From assembly GCA_964473665.1 (NCBI GenBank), contig CAYYPV010000008.1, forward strand, positions 607 to 64,606: a stretch of DNA of 64,000 nt, given 5' to 3'. The translations under genes and the position numbers were made by a program. Of this stretch, positions 17,498-28,050 are shown one piece after another. Numbering within the stretch: the stretch's first letter is position 1; every line of letters starts with the position of its first letter. Source of the DNA: an uncultured Candidatus Bathyarchaeia archaeon (GTDB taxonomy: Archaea; Thermoproteota; Bathyarchaeia; RBG-16-48-13; CAYPFQ01). The notes below the pieces were generated by a model. That model saw nothing but the letters and a program-made list of their open reading frames with translations, was not told the DNA's origin and searched no databases.

Positions 17498-18709
17498 TTG
17501 ACTTTGAAATATGATGTCGTGGTGGTTGGGGCGGGTCCTGCTGGCTCGATGGCGGCAAAGCACGCTGCTGATAAAGGATCCAAGGTATTGTTGGTTGAGC
17601 GGAAGAATGAAGTTGGAGTTCCGAGCCACTGTGCAGGCTTTATTATGAGGCGCGCGGAAAACTATGTAAATTTAAACGATGAGATAGTCGCGAATAAGAT
17701 TTATGGGTTCAGATGCTATGGCCCAAATGGGATTAGCGCGGTTGCCAGAAGCAAAGATTGTATTGGTTATACTATTAGGCGTGAAGCTTTAGACAAGTAC
17801 ATTGCTAACCAAGCGATTAATTCTGGCGTTGACTTGATGATAGGTGGGACGGCTGTTGGTGCGCGGAGAGTTTCAGGCGAAGTTAAAGTGAATATTATGC
17901 ATTTAAATGAGAAAATTCCTGTTGATGCAAAAATTATAATTGGTGCAGACGGGGTAGAGTCGAATGTTGCTAAATGGTTTGGGATGAAGAAACCTTCGGA
18001 TTTGATGTCCTGTATGCAGTTTGATGCTTTAAGTGAAAGCCCTGAATTACCACGCGATTTAATTGAAATGTACATAGGTCAATGTTGGACGCCTAAGGGG
18101 TTCGGATGGATTTTCCCTAGAGGCAACGACGTAGTTAAGGTCGGTGTAGGTGTGAAAGCGGGGAAAAAACCAGCCGTATCATATTTGAAAGACTTAATTG
18201 ATTTACATCCTGTAGTATCTAAGAAACTTGCGCAAGCAAAAATTGTTAGATTAAGTGGAGGAATAGTACCATTAAGCGGTCCAGTTGAAAGAACTGTTGA
18301 TAACAATATTGTATTGACTGGCACAGCTGCCGGATTGATTAATCCTCTGAGCGGCGGAGGCAACGATTATGCGATAGTTTGTGGAGGTTTAGCTGGCGAT
18401 ATCGCGGGAGAAGCTGCTGAAGAAAAAAATTTTTCCAAAAAATTCTTATGTAAATATGAGGATCAATGGAAGAATATTTTTGGTAAAGAGCTTAGAAATG
18501 GATATTGGGGAAGAATGGTTTTTCAAAATATGCCTGATAAATTATATCAAAAGTTTATTCCAACTTTGCAAGAGGTGGAAGATTTAACGAATATGTTTGT
18601 GAGCTACGATGTTGGACGTCTACTTGATGTGGTTGCTAAAAAATCGCCAGTATTATCTTCATTTATTAAAAGTGTTAAGCGCTTTGGTTTTTTGCCTACT
18701 TTAAATTAA
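17498..18709 (+). CDS. Geranylgeranyl reductase (digeranylgeranylglycerophospholipid reductase family)
   Basis: YDVVVVGAGPAGSMAA FAD motif. The conserved catalytic SHCAGF Cys is present. GADGVES and PKGFGWIFPRG blocks are typical of archaeal GGR. Confidence 0.85.
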   Translation: MTLKYDVVVVGAGPAGSMAAKHAADKGSKVLLVERKNEVGVPSHCAGFIMRRAENYVNLNDEIVANKIYGFRCYGPNGISAVARSKDCIGYTIRREALDKYIANQAINSGVDLMIGGTAVGARRVSGEVKVNIMHLNEKIPVDAKIIIGADGVESNVAKWFGMKKPSDLMSCMQFDALSESPELPRDLIEMYIGQCWTPKGFGWIFPRGNDVVKVGVGVKAGKKPAVSYLKDLIDLHPVVSKKLAQAKIVRLSGGIVPLSGPVERTVDNNIVLTGTAAGLINPLSGGGNDYAIVCGGLAGDIAGEAAEEKNFSKKFLCKYEDQWKNIFGKELRNGYWGRMVFQNMPDKLYQKFIPTLQEVEDLTNMFVSYDVGRLLDVVAKKSPVLSSFIKSVKRFGFLPTLN

Positions 18710-18786
18710 GGATTTTCCAATAATGTCTAGCTAACGATAGATGTAGCGCGTGACATGAATTGACTAAGCGTGCAAGTGCCTGTTAA

Positions 18787-19908
18787 TTATTTGAGCATTT
18801 TCTTCAAAATCTCAGCTATGTACTCTAACTGTTCGTCTTGTACTTTTGGATGAATGGGTAGCGATAATACTTGTCTTGCAGCTGTCTCTGTTTTAATTAA
18901 TGTACCCTTTTCAAATGGGAATTGCTCTCTATAATAGGGCATAAGGTGTATAGGCACGGGATAGTAAATTGTTGCATCAATTTTCTTCTCCCTAAGTTTT
19001 TCAACAACCTTGTTTCGTTTACCTGCGTTAGCACCTCTTAAACGAACAGTGTATACGTACCAACTGTGCTTGTAGCCTTCAGGTACGGCGGGAAGTTTAA
19101 GTTTCCCAATTCCACTAAGTTTACTTGTTAATGTTTCAGCGTTTTTTCTTCTAGTATCTAAAAAGCGCGGCAGTTTGGAGATTTGCGCTACGCCTAACGC
19201 GCCACATATTTCACTCATTCTGTAGTTGTGTCCTACCATTATTGACTTGTATTCTTTTTGTTCTCCGTGATTTCTTATTTCGCGCAGCGTTTCAGCATAC
19301 TCAGAGTTATTCGTTGTTATCATTCCGCCTTCTCCAGTAGTCATGTTCTTTGTTGCGTAGAAACTAAAGCAGGCCATATCGCCTAAAGATCCAGTTTTTT
19401 TGGTCTTGTATTCAGCACCGTGAGCTTGAGCAGCGTCCTCTATTACTGTTACGTCGTGTTTATGAGCTAATTCTAGTATTGGATCCATATCACATGCTAA
19501 ACCGTAAAGATGCGTCGGAATAATTGCCTGTGTTCTCGACGATATTCGTTCTTCAAGATTTTCTAAGTCCATACAGTAAGTATCGGCATTTATATCGACA
19601 AATACAGGCTTTCCTCCAGCTAACACAACTGCCTCGGTTACCGCCACAAAACTGAAACTTGGAATTAACACTTCGTCACCCGGCCTCAGCCCGATAGCCA
19701 TAAGAGCTGCATGAAGAGAGGCTGTTCCACTGCTAAGCGCCACAGCGTATTTTGTCCCAATAAATCTTGCGAACTCTTGCTCAAATTGAGACACGTAAAA
19801 ACCGCCTCCTCCTTTTTCAGTCAATATTCCGCTTCTCAGAACCTTTAAAACAAGTTGAATTTCTTCGTCGCCCAGAATAGGTTGATTTATCGGTATTGAT
19901 AACCTCAT
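18787..19908 (-). CDS. DegT/DnrJ/EryC1/StrS family PLP-dependent sugar aminotransferase
   Basis: The whole protein follows the family pattern. This includes ALSSGTASLHAALMA, a DAAQAHGA block, and the FSFYATKNMTTGEGG region carrying the lysine. Confidence 0.85.
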   Translation of the reverse strand: MRLSIPINQPILGDEEIQLVLKVLRSGILTEKGGGGFYVSQFEQEFARFIGTKYAVALSSGTASLHAALMAIGLRPGDEVLIPSFSFVAVTEAVVLAGGKPVFVDINADTYCMDLENLEERISSRTQAIIPTHLYGLACDMDPILELAHKHDVTVIEDAAQAHGAEYKTKKTGSLGDMACFSFYATKNMTTGEGGMITTNNSEYAETLREIRNHGEQKEYKSIMVGHNYRMSEICGALGVAQISKLPRFLDTRRKNAETLTSKLSGIGKLKLPAVPEGYKHSWYVYTVRLRGANAGKRNKVVEKLREKKIDATIYYPVPIHLMPYYREQFPFEKGTLIKTETAARQVLSLPIHPKVQDEQLEYIAEILKKMLK

Positions 19909-20178
19909 AAAACCCTCTTCTTACGGCAGAAGCCACATTCAAATAGTTGGATATTTCTCCTCTTCTTCCACTTTACTTTTCTCTCAGAATCTAAACTTAT
20001 TGCCTTTGCTGTTAATTAATACCTTGCATAAAAAATTCTTTCTATAACGGTTCGTAATGTGGAAATTGCACGGATCTTCAAATATAAACCGTCTGAAATT
20101 AGTCATAAATTGTATAAAATCTCTCTGTAAAATGACTAATAACTTTCATGTTCTTCTTTGCAATAAATATTTAAATGG

Positions 20179-21510
20179 ATGATTCATAATCCTAGCTTTT
20201 TTAAGTTAAGACAATACTCTAGTACATACACTCGAGGGATACTCTTGGAACCGCCAACCCTTCTTTTAATTCCTGTTACTTCTTGGACACATAGAGATAG
20301 AGCCATAGAGCCATCAAAAAGGGCTCGTGAACTTTTAGAGGAAGCAGGTCTGAAGGTTTTCGGACCTATAAACCCTATAACGAAGATTGAGGAGGTGCCG
20401 AAAACTAAGGAGGAGTTTGATGCCACAGTTGTCTTTATTGCAAGCGGAGGGTCAGCTGAGCTAGCTGTTCCATTGATTAAGACCAGAAGAGCGCTTATGT
20501 GGGCTTACCATGAAAATAATAGTTTAGCTTCAGCATTGAGTGCAAGAGAAAAACTTGTGGCTGAGGAAGCGTGGCAAGGTCAAATATTATATAATAGCCT
20601 AAACTATGTCCCAAAAGAGATTGTTGCGGAAGCCCAAGCCAATAAATTAATTCGTAGTATGAAAAGTGCAAAGATTGGTCTAGTGGGTGATGAAGATGAT
20701 TACAATGCGCACACCCGCGACGTGGAAATGCTTAAGGCAATTTTCGGAATAGACGTTTCTCTCGTAGATTTTGATGCCGTAAAACAAGAATGGGCAAACG
20801 TTTCTGAAGATGCTGCTGGAAAAATAATTGATGAACGGTTATCAAAATTTGAATTAGTTGAACCCAATAAACGGGATTTAATAAAGGCAGCCAGGCTCTA
20901 TTTGGCCCTTAGAAAGATATCCGCTGACAAAAATCTGGATGCGATAACTGTTGACTGCTTTAAGTTTCTGAAGAAAACAGGCACATTACCATGCATCGCT
21001 TTTGCTCTGCTGAATGATGATGGGATGAACGCTGCTTGCGAAGCGGATTTACGTGCAGCAACACTGATGTTGATATATAGAACTTTGACCGGTAACCCGT
21101 CTTGGATCGCTAACCTAGTTCAAGTTGATTCGAAGCTTGGAACGATAACGCTGTGCCACTGCACTGCAGCAACCAGTCTTGCAGAGACAGGTCGCACTAT
21201 TCGTATTAGAGACCATTTTGAATCAGGACAGAGCGTATCGCTTGATGTACCTTTAAAGAGACAATTGGCAACCATCGCTAATATTCAGACCAAACCTACT
21301 AAGTTAACGGTCACCACAGGCGAAGTCATAGATTCCCAGATGGGAAATTTAACAATTTGTCGAACTCAAGCTAAAATAAAATTAGCTGGAAACATTGAAA
21401 TGCTCTTGGAACAAACTGGTAACCATCAGGTTCTAGCTTATGGTGATTTCGGAGACCTTTTTAAAGCGCTCTCTGAAAAAATTCCAGCATTACAAACGAT
21501 TGTAATTTAA
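20179..21510 (+). CDS. Hypothetical protein; weak resemblance to L-fucose/L-arabinose isomerase-like proteins
   Basis: 443-aa soluble protein. NAACEADLRAATL and CHCTAATS blocks are reminiscent of the metal-binding region of sugar isomerases. I cannot verify this without a search. The N-terminus of the ORF-track model is probably too long. Confidence 0.25.
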   Translation: MIHNPSFFKLRQYSSTYTRGILLEPPTLLLIPVTSWTHRDRAIEPSKRARELLEEAGLKVFGPINPITKIEEVPKTKEEFDATVVFIASGGSAELAVPLIKTRRALMWAYHENNSLASALSAREKLVAEEAWQGQILYNSLNYVPKEIVAEAQANKLIRSMKSAKIGLVGDEDDYNAHTRDVEMLKAIFGIDVSLVDFDAVKQEWANVSEDAAGKIIDERLSKFELVEPNKRDLIKAARLYLALRKISADKNLDAITVDCFKFLKKTGTLPCIAFALLNDDGMNAACEADLRAATLMLIYRTLTGNPSWIANLVQVDSKLGTITLCHCTAATSLAETGRTIRIRDHFESGQSVSLDVPLKRQLATIANIQTKPTKLTVTTGEVIDSQMGNLTICRTQAKIKLAGNIEMLLEQTGNHQVLAYGDFGDLFKALSEKIPALQTIVI

Positions 21511-21733
21511 CATTTTATCAGTTAAATCTACATTTTACCTTTCTTTGACTTTCTCGCCTTTGCCGTTGACAAATACATAGTATAAAAATGCTTCATATTT
21601 CAAAGTCAAACTTTAATTAGATGTATTAAAGGCGTAATATGCGTAATAAGTTGCGCTTCATCTTACCGTAAGGCATATAAATTAAAGTTAGTATGTTTGG
21701 TTTTAGCATTTTGAATATTTGGAGAGGATAAAT

Positions 21734-23379
21734 ATGGCTGAAGGAGTACCCGCCGAGATATCTGGACAACCAGTCTTAATATTGAAGGAAGGAACAGCTA
21801 GAACAAGAGGGAGAGAAGCTCAGCACTCAAATATTATGGCCGCAAGAATCGTTGCTGAGTCGGTTAAAAGTTCTCTTGGACCGAAAGGCATGGATAAGAT
21901 GCTTGTAGACAGTTTTGGAGATGTTACAATAACAAATGATGGAGCCACTATTTTATCTGAAATGGATGTTCAGCATCCGTCTGCAAAAATGATGGTGGAG
22001 GTTGCTAAGACACAGGATAAAGAGGTTGGTGATGGAACAACCACTGCAGTGGTTCTAGCCGGTGAACTTTTAGGTAAAGCAGAGGAGTTGATCGCGAAGG
22101 AAGTTCATCCAACGGTAATAATTGATGGTTACAGGAAGGCAATGGAGAATTCTTTGGAATTCATAGAAGACATAGCTATTCAGGTAAAGCCAGGCGATCG
22201 TCCAACTTTAAGGAAGATTGCGATGACATCTATGGCTACTAAATTTATTTCTGAGAGTAGGGAATTTCTCGCCGATATCGCCGTTGATGCTGTGCTTCAA
22301 GTCGCTAAGAAAGTTGATGGAAATTATAAGATTGACATTGATGACATAAAGGTGGATAAAAGGCGGGAGGGTCTGTGACTGACACGAAGCTAATTCAAGG
22401 CTTGGTTCTCGACAAAGAAGTAGTTCATTCGGGTATGCCAAGACGGGTTGAAGAGGCAAAAATAGCTTTGATAAGTAGTGCGTTAGAACTTGAGAAAACC
22501 GAGTTTGATGCGAAAATCAATATTGAGAACCCTGAGCAGATGAAAGCTTTCCTTGATGAGGAGGAAACAATGCTCAAGGACATGGTGGACAAAATAGTGG
22601 CGTCAGGTGCCAATGTTGTCATATGTCAAAAGGGCATTCATGATTTGGTTCAACATTTTCTAGCCCGAAAAAACATTATGGCTCTTCGGCGTGTTAAGGA
22701 ATCTGATATGGATAAATTATCAAAGGCAACTGGGGCCGATATCGTTAACAACCTGAGCGAGTTGGTAAATGCGAACTTAGGTTACGCGAAGCTTGTTGAG
22801 GAGAGGAAGCTTGGTGATGATAAGTGGACTTTTATTGAGGGATGTAAGAACGCGAAAGCGGTAACTATACTAATCAGAGGCGGAACTGAAAGGGCGGTTG
22901 ATGAAGCTGAGCGCTCGATACATGATGCCTTATGTGTTGTTCGAGATGTTGTTCAAGAACCTAAGGTTGTAGCTGGTGGAGGAGCGCCTGAAACTGAAAT
23001 GGCTCATAACTTGAGGGAGTATGCAGAACAACTCGCAGGTAGAGAACAGCTTGCAGTTCAAGGTTTCGCTGAAGCGCTAGAAAGCATTCCTACGATACTT
23101 GCGGAAAATGCTGGTTTAGACCCGATCGATACTATTGTTGAGTTAAGATCAAAACATGATAAAGGCCAAAAATGGACTGGTGTGGATGTGATGGCGGGTA
23201 AGGTGCAGGATATGTCAAAAATAGATGTGTTAGAGCCGATAGGTGTTAAAAAACAGATTATTAAATCCGCCACCGAATCCGCTACCATGATCCTTAAAAT
23301 TGACGACGTTATTGCCTCATCGAAGGGCCCAGGAAGGATGCCAGGAGCACATAGAGGTGGCGAAGAGGTCGGCGAATAA
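21734..23379 (+). pseudogene. ths: Thermosome (group II chaperonin) subunit, interrupted by a 1-nt frameshift near 22357-22360
   Basis: ORFs 21719-22378 and 22375-23379 together encode a complete thermosome, running from GPKGMDKM...GDGTTT through the equatorial and apical domains to the C-terminus. The frame is lost in an A-run (ataaaagg). Reading ...VDK then switching frame gives (K)[13 protein letters not shown], matching the family consensus EKKxGGSVxDTxLIxG. The cause may be a sequencing error or a genuine lesion. Confidence 0.85.
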
Positions 23380-23662
23380 GTCGAAGGCTGAACTTGTACC
23401 TACACAGCAGGTCCTTATCGGCCCTCAAAAACTAACGCGTTTTGAAAGAGCACGAATTGTTGGAGCGAGAGCTTTGCAGATTTCTATGGGTGCACCGGCA
23501 CTTGTGAAGCCCCCGCGTTCTGGAGCAAGTCATATAGACATAGCTATAGCCGAGCTGGATTCGGGCATACTCCCGATGACGATTAGACGCACTTTACCGG
23601 ATGGAACTTATCAGGACATTGCTGTTAAGATGTTGATACAAAAAGTAGAGAAAAAAGCCTAA
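23357..23662 (+). CDS. rpoK: DNA-directed RNA polymerase subunit K (Rpb6/omega-like)
   Basis: LTRFERARIVGARALQISMGAP is the RpoK signature. The ORF-track start at 23300 overlaps the thermosome gene. An in-frame GTG at 23357 is the more plausible start. Confidence 0.6.
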   Translation: MAKRSANKSKAELVPTQQVLIGPQKLTRFERARIVGARALQISMGAPALVKPPRSGASHIDIAIAELDSGILPMTIRRTLPDGTYQDIAVKMLIQKVEKKA

Positions 23663-23865
23663 AAGTTTTCTTACCGCTCTGCTTCAGCTTCACATTTCTA
23701 ACAGAAATTGACCTTGAGACAGGTAGCATCATAAGGGTAATAAGGATAAAATGAGCGCGTCTAGATTATACGGATTAATATGCATGTTAAGCGGTTTATT
23801 TCTGAAAGAATTTGAAAGAAGTCTTTAAATCTTTATAGCGTAAAATCGAATATGCACTTTCGGAG

Positions 23866-24225
23866 GTGACAGATACGACCAGTGAAACAGGGGCTGAAAT
23901 TCCAGAAGAGACGGAGAAGAAAATCGCGAATCAAAACGCACCACCACAGACTTCCCTACAGAACGTCATTTTAGTCGGTAAGAAACCTGCTATGAACTAT
24001 GCTTTGGCAACGATAATCCAGTTCAATCAAGGTGCAAAAGAAGTTACAGTGAAGGCACGTGGTATGGCTATCTCAAAGGCGGTTGACGTCGTAGAGATTG
24101 TCAGACGCAGGTTCATGGAGGAATCTGTTAAGGTTAAGGACATCAAGATTGGAACAGAGGTTTTAGGGGAAGGAGATAACGTAAGAAACGTTTCAACGAT
24201 GGAAATAGTAATCTCAAAGATTTAG
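23866..24225 (+). CDS. albA: Alba DNA/RNA-binding chromatin protein with acidic N-terminal extension
   Basis: [51 protein letters not shown] is a near-canonical Alba core. An acidic extension of about 30 aa precedes it. Confidence 0.8.
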   Translation: MTDTTSETGAEIPEETEKKIANQNAPPQTSLQNVILVGKKPAMNYALATIIQFNQGAKEVTVKARGMAISKAVDVVEIVRRRFMEESVKVKDIKIGTEVLGEGDNVRNVSTMEIVISKI

Positions 24226-24281
24226 CCCTTTGAACTCAAATGAAAACATTGCGTTCATAGTTAACTTAGGTTGGATGTTAA

Positions 24282-24530
24282 ATGGATAAAGAAGATGCCC
24301 AGGAGATTCAGAGCTGGCGCATATCAGTAGGAGTTATACTATTGATAGCTTTCTCCTTATTTTTGTATCAGCAGTTTATTAACGAAATTTTTGATTATAC
24401 GTTCAGTCTTTTCATATTCTACGTTCCAGCAGTTATCTCAGTGGTGACATACATCATACTGATAAGAAAGAGTAATAGAAAGGCCTCTATTTGCGGTTCA
24501 GGTTATTCAGTTTGTAAAAACTTAATTTAG
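24282..24530 (+). CDS. Small hypothetical membrane protein
   Basis: 82 aa with two hydrophobic helices. No recognisable motif. Confidence 0.3.
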   Translation: MDKEDAQEIQSWRISVGVILLIAFSLFLYQQFINEIFDYTFSLFIFYVPAVISVVTYIILIRKSNRKASICGSGYSVCKNLI

Positions 24531-24750
24531 TCTAATATTTCAATGAAAATTTGCTTAATACATGGCAACCGTATTTTTTGACTTTCCCCTGTAATTCTAA
24601 CAGTCTCTTTCTGCTGCGTTTCAGTACATTACATGCAAACACTAAGGTTGCCGCAGATTGAGTTTGAGTTTCCACTAATAATAGTCATTTACCGTGTATA
24701 TCAGATAGCGCCAAAAATGGAAATGTTAGACCGTTAATTAAAATGTCTGT

Positions 24751-25275
24751 TTAATACGGCTTATCTGTATCAGGTAACTCGCTTAGTCGTAGTTTTCTAG
24801 CCATAATGAAGGCGTCCTCACCGTCGCGGTAATAATCTCTAATAGTATTCAGAGCTTGGAAGCCTAATTCTTTATAAATTTTTATTGCCTGCTCGTTTGT
24901 AACTCTTACTTCAAGGAAGCATTCACTTGCTTTGTATTCGATCATACCTCGCATCGCCTCGGTTATTAGGGCGGTTCCGATTCCATGGAGTCTAGATTCG
25001 GGTAGAACGGCTAAAGAAACTATGTGGCCTTTACGAGTGAAGCCAAATGGAGTTCTTTTGAATTCGGATCCGCCTATCTCAATTCTACACATTATGTAAC
25101 CAACTATTTTATTGTCCACTTGTGCTACTAAGAAAATTTTTGGGAAATGTTCGTATAATTCAAGGTAGAAATAGGAGCTATAGTTCTCAGGTAAAGTTCT
25201 TAGGTTGATGTCCATAACAGACTCTAAGTCTTCGGGCTTGAACAGCCTTAAATCGTAATCTTTTATTAGTATCAA
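24751..25275 (-). CDS. GNAT family N-acetyltransferase (Ard1/RimI-like)
   Basis: The HIVSLAVLPESRLHGIGTAL acetyl-CoA binding motif (Q/RxxGxG/A) is present. The protein is 174 aa. Confidence 0.8.
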   Translation of the reverse strand: MILIKDYDLRLFKPEDLESVMDINLRTLPENYSSYFYLELYEHFPKIFLVAQVDNKIVGYIMCRIEIGGSEFKRTPFGFTRKGHIVSLAVLPESRLHGIGTALITEAMRGMIEYKASECFLEVRVTNEQAIKIYKELGFQALNTIRDYYRDGEDAFIMARKLRLSELPDTDKPY

Positions 25276-25368
25276 CGTACTTTCTCCTAGGATATACCTA
25301 CTTTAAACGTAGATATTTATCTAAAACTCTAAATTTAATTTAACTATAAGATAGGAATATGCTTAAAA

Positions 25369-26469
25369 TTGAGTGAAACTCCGCCTATTACACCACCAAT
25401 AGAGCCTTCATTACTTATTCCACCTGATTTTTTCTTCGAAGTTAAGAGTTTGGTTGAATCGGAGTTCACAGTCCAAGATGGATATATGAAGCAGGGAATT
25501 CCGACGTTCATTATAGCACCAAAGGAAACAAAAGAGCCCTTCAAAAGACTTGTGTTAAAAATGAAGAGCAGCGGCTACGTACCGTTTCTAAGAAAAGAGG
25601 AGGCAGGGTTAACAATTCGCGCATCATTAAAACCACCCGCAACAAAACCGTCAAGGATAAGAGTTAACATTTTGCTGCTTTTCATCACATTGAGCACAGT
25701 TTTCGTTACAGGTTACTTATGGGGGTTAAATTACTCATCAGTTCTTAAAGAACTAGATATGCCTCAGGTGAATTCTCTAATAATTGCAGCACTTTATTTG
25801 GCGAGTATATTTGGAATAATCGCTTTGCATGAACTTGGACACAAATTAACGGCGGATAAAAGGGGAGTAGAATCTACTTTGCCCTATTTTATTCCAGGCC
25901 CTCCCCCATATGGGACATTCGGAGCAGTCATAATGCAAAAGGAGCCGCCGATAAACCGCGATCAACTTTTTGACCTAGGATCCAGCGGTCCACTTATAGG
26001 CTTCATCATTACCGTAATAGTTGCTATTGTCGGCATTAAATTGTCGCCGGTAGGTCCAGAAATTTCGGGTGCAAGTGTTTTGCCAACTCCTCTATTATTT
26101 AATATAATAGCAATGACTCGCTCGATTCCGCAGGGATTCACATTGTATATGCATCCTGTGGCGTTTGCGGCGTGGTTTGGCTTCGTTTTAACATTTATGA
26201 ATCTAATGCCAGCGTGGCAACTTGATGGCGGACATGTAGCTAGAGCTGTTCTGGGTCCTCAGTGGCATTTAGCGTCCTCATTCATAGGAGCATTGATATT
26301 AATTTTAACTAACTGGTGGCTAATGGGAATACTTGTATTGTTTCTTTCTATTAGAGGGAGGCATCCTGGACCGTTAGATGATGTGTCTCCTTTGTCGAAA
26401 TCCAGAAATGTAATCGCTGTTGTAATAGTGCTGGTTATAGCTCTGTCATTAGTTAGTGCGCCATTATAA
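25369..26469 (+). CDS. Site-2 protease family (peptidase M50) membrane metalloprotease
   Basis: The HELGHKLTA HExxH motif sits within a TM helix. A downstream LDGG block is present. The body is polytopic and hydrophobic. Confidence 0.7.
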   Translation: MSETPPITPPIEPSLLIPPDFFFEVKSLVESEFTVQDGYMKQGIPTFIIAPKETKEPFKRLVLKMKSSGYVPFLRKEEAGLTIRASLKPPATKPSRIRVNILLLFITLSTVFVTGYLWGLNYSSVLKELDMPQVNSLIIAALYLASIFGIIALHELGHKLTADKRGVESTLPYFIPGPPPYGTFGAVIMQKEPPINRDQLFDLGSSGPLIGFIITVIVAIVGIKLSPVGPEISGASVLPTPLLFNIIAMTRSIPQGFTLYMHPVAFAAWFGFVLTFMNLMPAWQLDGGHVARAVLGPQWHLASSFIGALILILTNWWLMGILVLFLSIRGRHPGPLDDVSPLSKSRNVIAVVIVLVIALSLVSAPL

Positions 26470-27732
26470 TTAATTTTTGAGCAAAGGCAGGGTTGTAGAT
26501 CCGTTGGGTACAACGTAAATTTTTGATTTTTTGCCGACAATGTTGAAAGCCGTATTAAGCGCGGCGTTCACTGTTTTTGAAGTTTTTAGCTTAAAGACCC
26601 CAGTCGCATAATAATCGGGCATCGTTGAAACTAGAATGATTTTGGCTTTCTCCAATGTCTTAAGAAGATAGTAGGCTTTATGCCCACCTAACATGAAATT
26701 TCTCTTAACTTCTTTTTCAACATCTTCAAGATTTTTAAGTCTAGTCATCCAATCGTAGAAAACCTGGTTTCCGTAACCTTCACGGCACTCTGCCACCAGA
26801 ATTATTACTCCGCCTTCTTTTACTATGCATTTAGCATTCTCCACAGCTTTCAAGGCTTGGTAAAGGTCGATGTCGTGTGGATCACCATCGGCACTGGTTA
26901 TAACTATCTCTGCTGGCTGTTCGACATGTACCTTATACATCTCATCGACAACCTTGACTCCGTCAAGGAAGGCTTGTTCAAGGTCGCCTGCAAAGGCTCC
27001 GACTATTTCTTTCCGAGTATTTAGGACAACATTTAGTATGAAATCTACTTTTGCCAATCTAGCGGATTCAGTCATGTCTTCATGCACGGGATTTCCTTCA
27101 AGTATACCGACAGTAGCTTTGGGATCCAAAAGCATGGAATGGTTATGCTGTATCGTATCTAGACTTCCAATAGCGGGAACTACGCCTTTTCTTCCACCGC
27201 CATAGCCAGCATAGTAATGAAGTTCAATGTCACCAACCAATATCTTGACGTCAGCGTCAAAGAAGATCTTGTTCACACACACTTTTGTTTTGAATTTTGT
27301 TTCTCCAATAGCACAAACTATTTCTGCAGATTTACAATCATGACTGACAACCTTAATTCGCCTGTAAACATCTTCTCCAACAAGTTTAGCTGCTTCCTCC
27401 GGTGTAGCTAGGCGGTGAGTACCACAGCCGATTAGTATGGTTATATCCTCATCTTTCACTCCAGCCCTATTCAATTCATCCAAGATTGGAGGAATCATTA
27501 GATAGCTAGGCGAAGGTCGGGTAACGTCGTCTATAACTATTGCAGCTTTGTTTCCAGGTTTCGCTATCTCAATAAGCCTCTTGCTTTTTATCGGGTTTTC
27601 GAGAGCTCGAATTATCTCAGCTTTAGGATCGGCAACTCCCTGTTTTTCGTTTGGAGTTATTATTCCAAGCAGGTTCTCGTCAGGCACTTTAACAGGAATT
27701 TCAGTTCGGCCGTAGGGTAACCATATTTCCAT
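26470..27732 (-). CDS. LarA family protein (lactate racemase-like, nickel-pincer cofactor dependent family)
   Basis: GCGTHRLATPEE and HYYAGYGGGRKG blocks are characteristic of LarA/DUF2088. The protein is 420 aa. No larB, larC or larE lies in the window. Confidence 0.7.
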   Translation of the reverse strand: MEIWLPYGRTEIPVKVPDENLLGIITPNEKQGVADPKAEIIRALENPIKSKRLIEIAKPGNKAAIVIDDVTRPSPSYLMIPPILDELNRAGVKDEDITILIGCGTHRLATPEEAAKLVGEDVYRRIKVVSHDCKSAEIVCAIGETKFKTKVCVNKIFFDADVKILVGDIELHYYAGYGGGRKGVVPAIGSLDTIQHNHSMLLDPKATVGILEGNPVHEDMTESARLAKVDFILNVVLNTRKEIVGAFAGDLEQAFLDGVKVVDEMYKVHVEQPAEIVITSADGDPHDIDLYQALKAVENAKCIVKEGGVIILVAECREGYGNQVFYDWMTRLKNLEDVEKEVKRNFMLGGHKAYYLLKTLEKAKIILVSTMPDYYATGVFKLKTSKTVNAALNTAFNIVGKKSKIYVVPNGSTTLPLLKN

Positions 27733-28050
27733 GTCTTAACCTTCTGCCTTTATTGTTGTATATTTGCCAACTTATATTTGCCTCATTAACTACACTTATA
27801 ATTAAATCAATAGATGTACTGTCACTTTAGAAAAAAGGATTTATATAATTTCAAGTTTTTAGGCTAAGTTCTCCTTAAGACTCCTAACGGTTGTGTAATG
27901 CAAACTTATTAAATATTTATGCAGGATGGCAATTTTCAATTACGTTTTTACATCATTTTCTGTAAAAGTTTTAACATCAAACGTAACGCAGGCTATTCGC
28001 GTTAAACACAAACTTTTACTGTGACCTTAGCTTTGATTTAATAAAAAATA

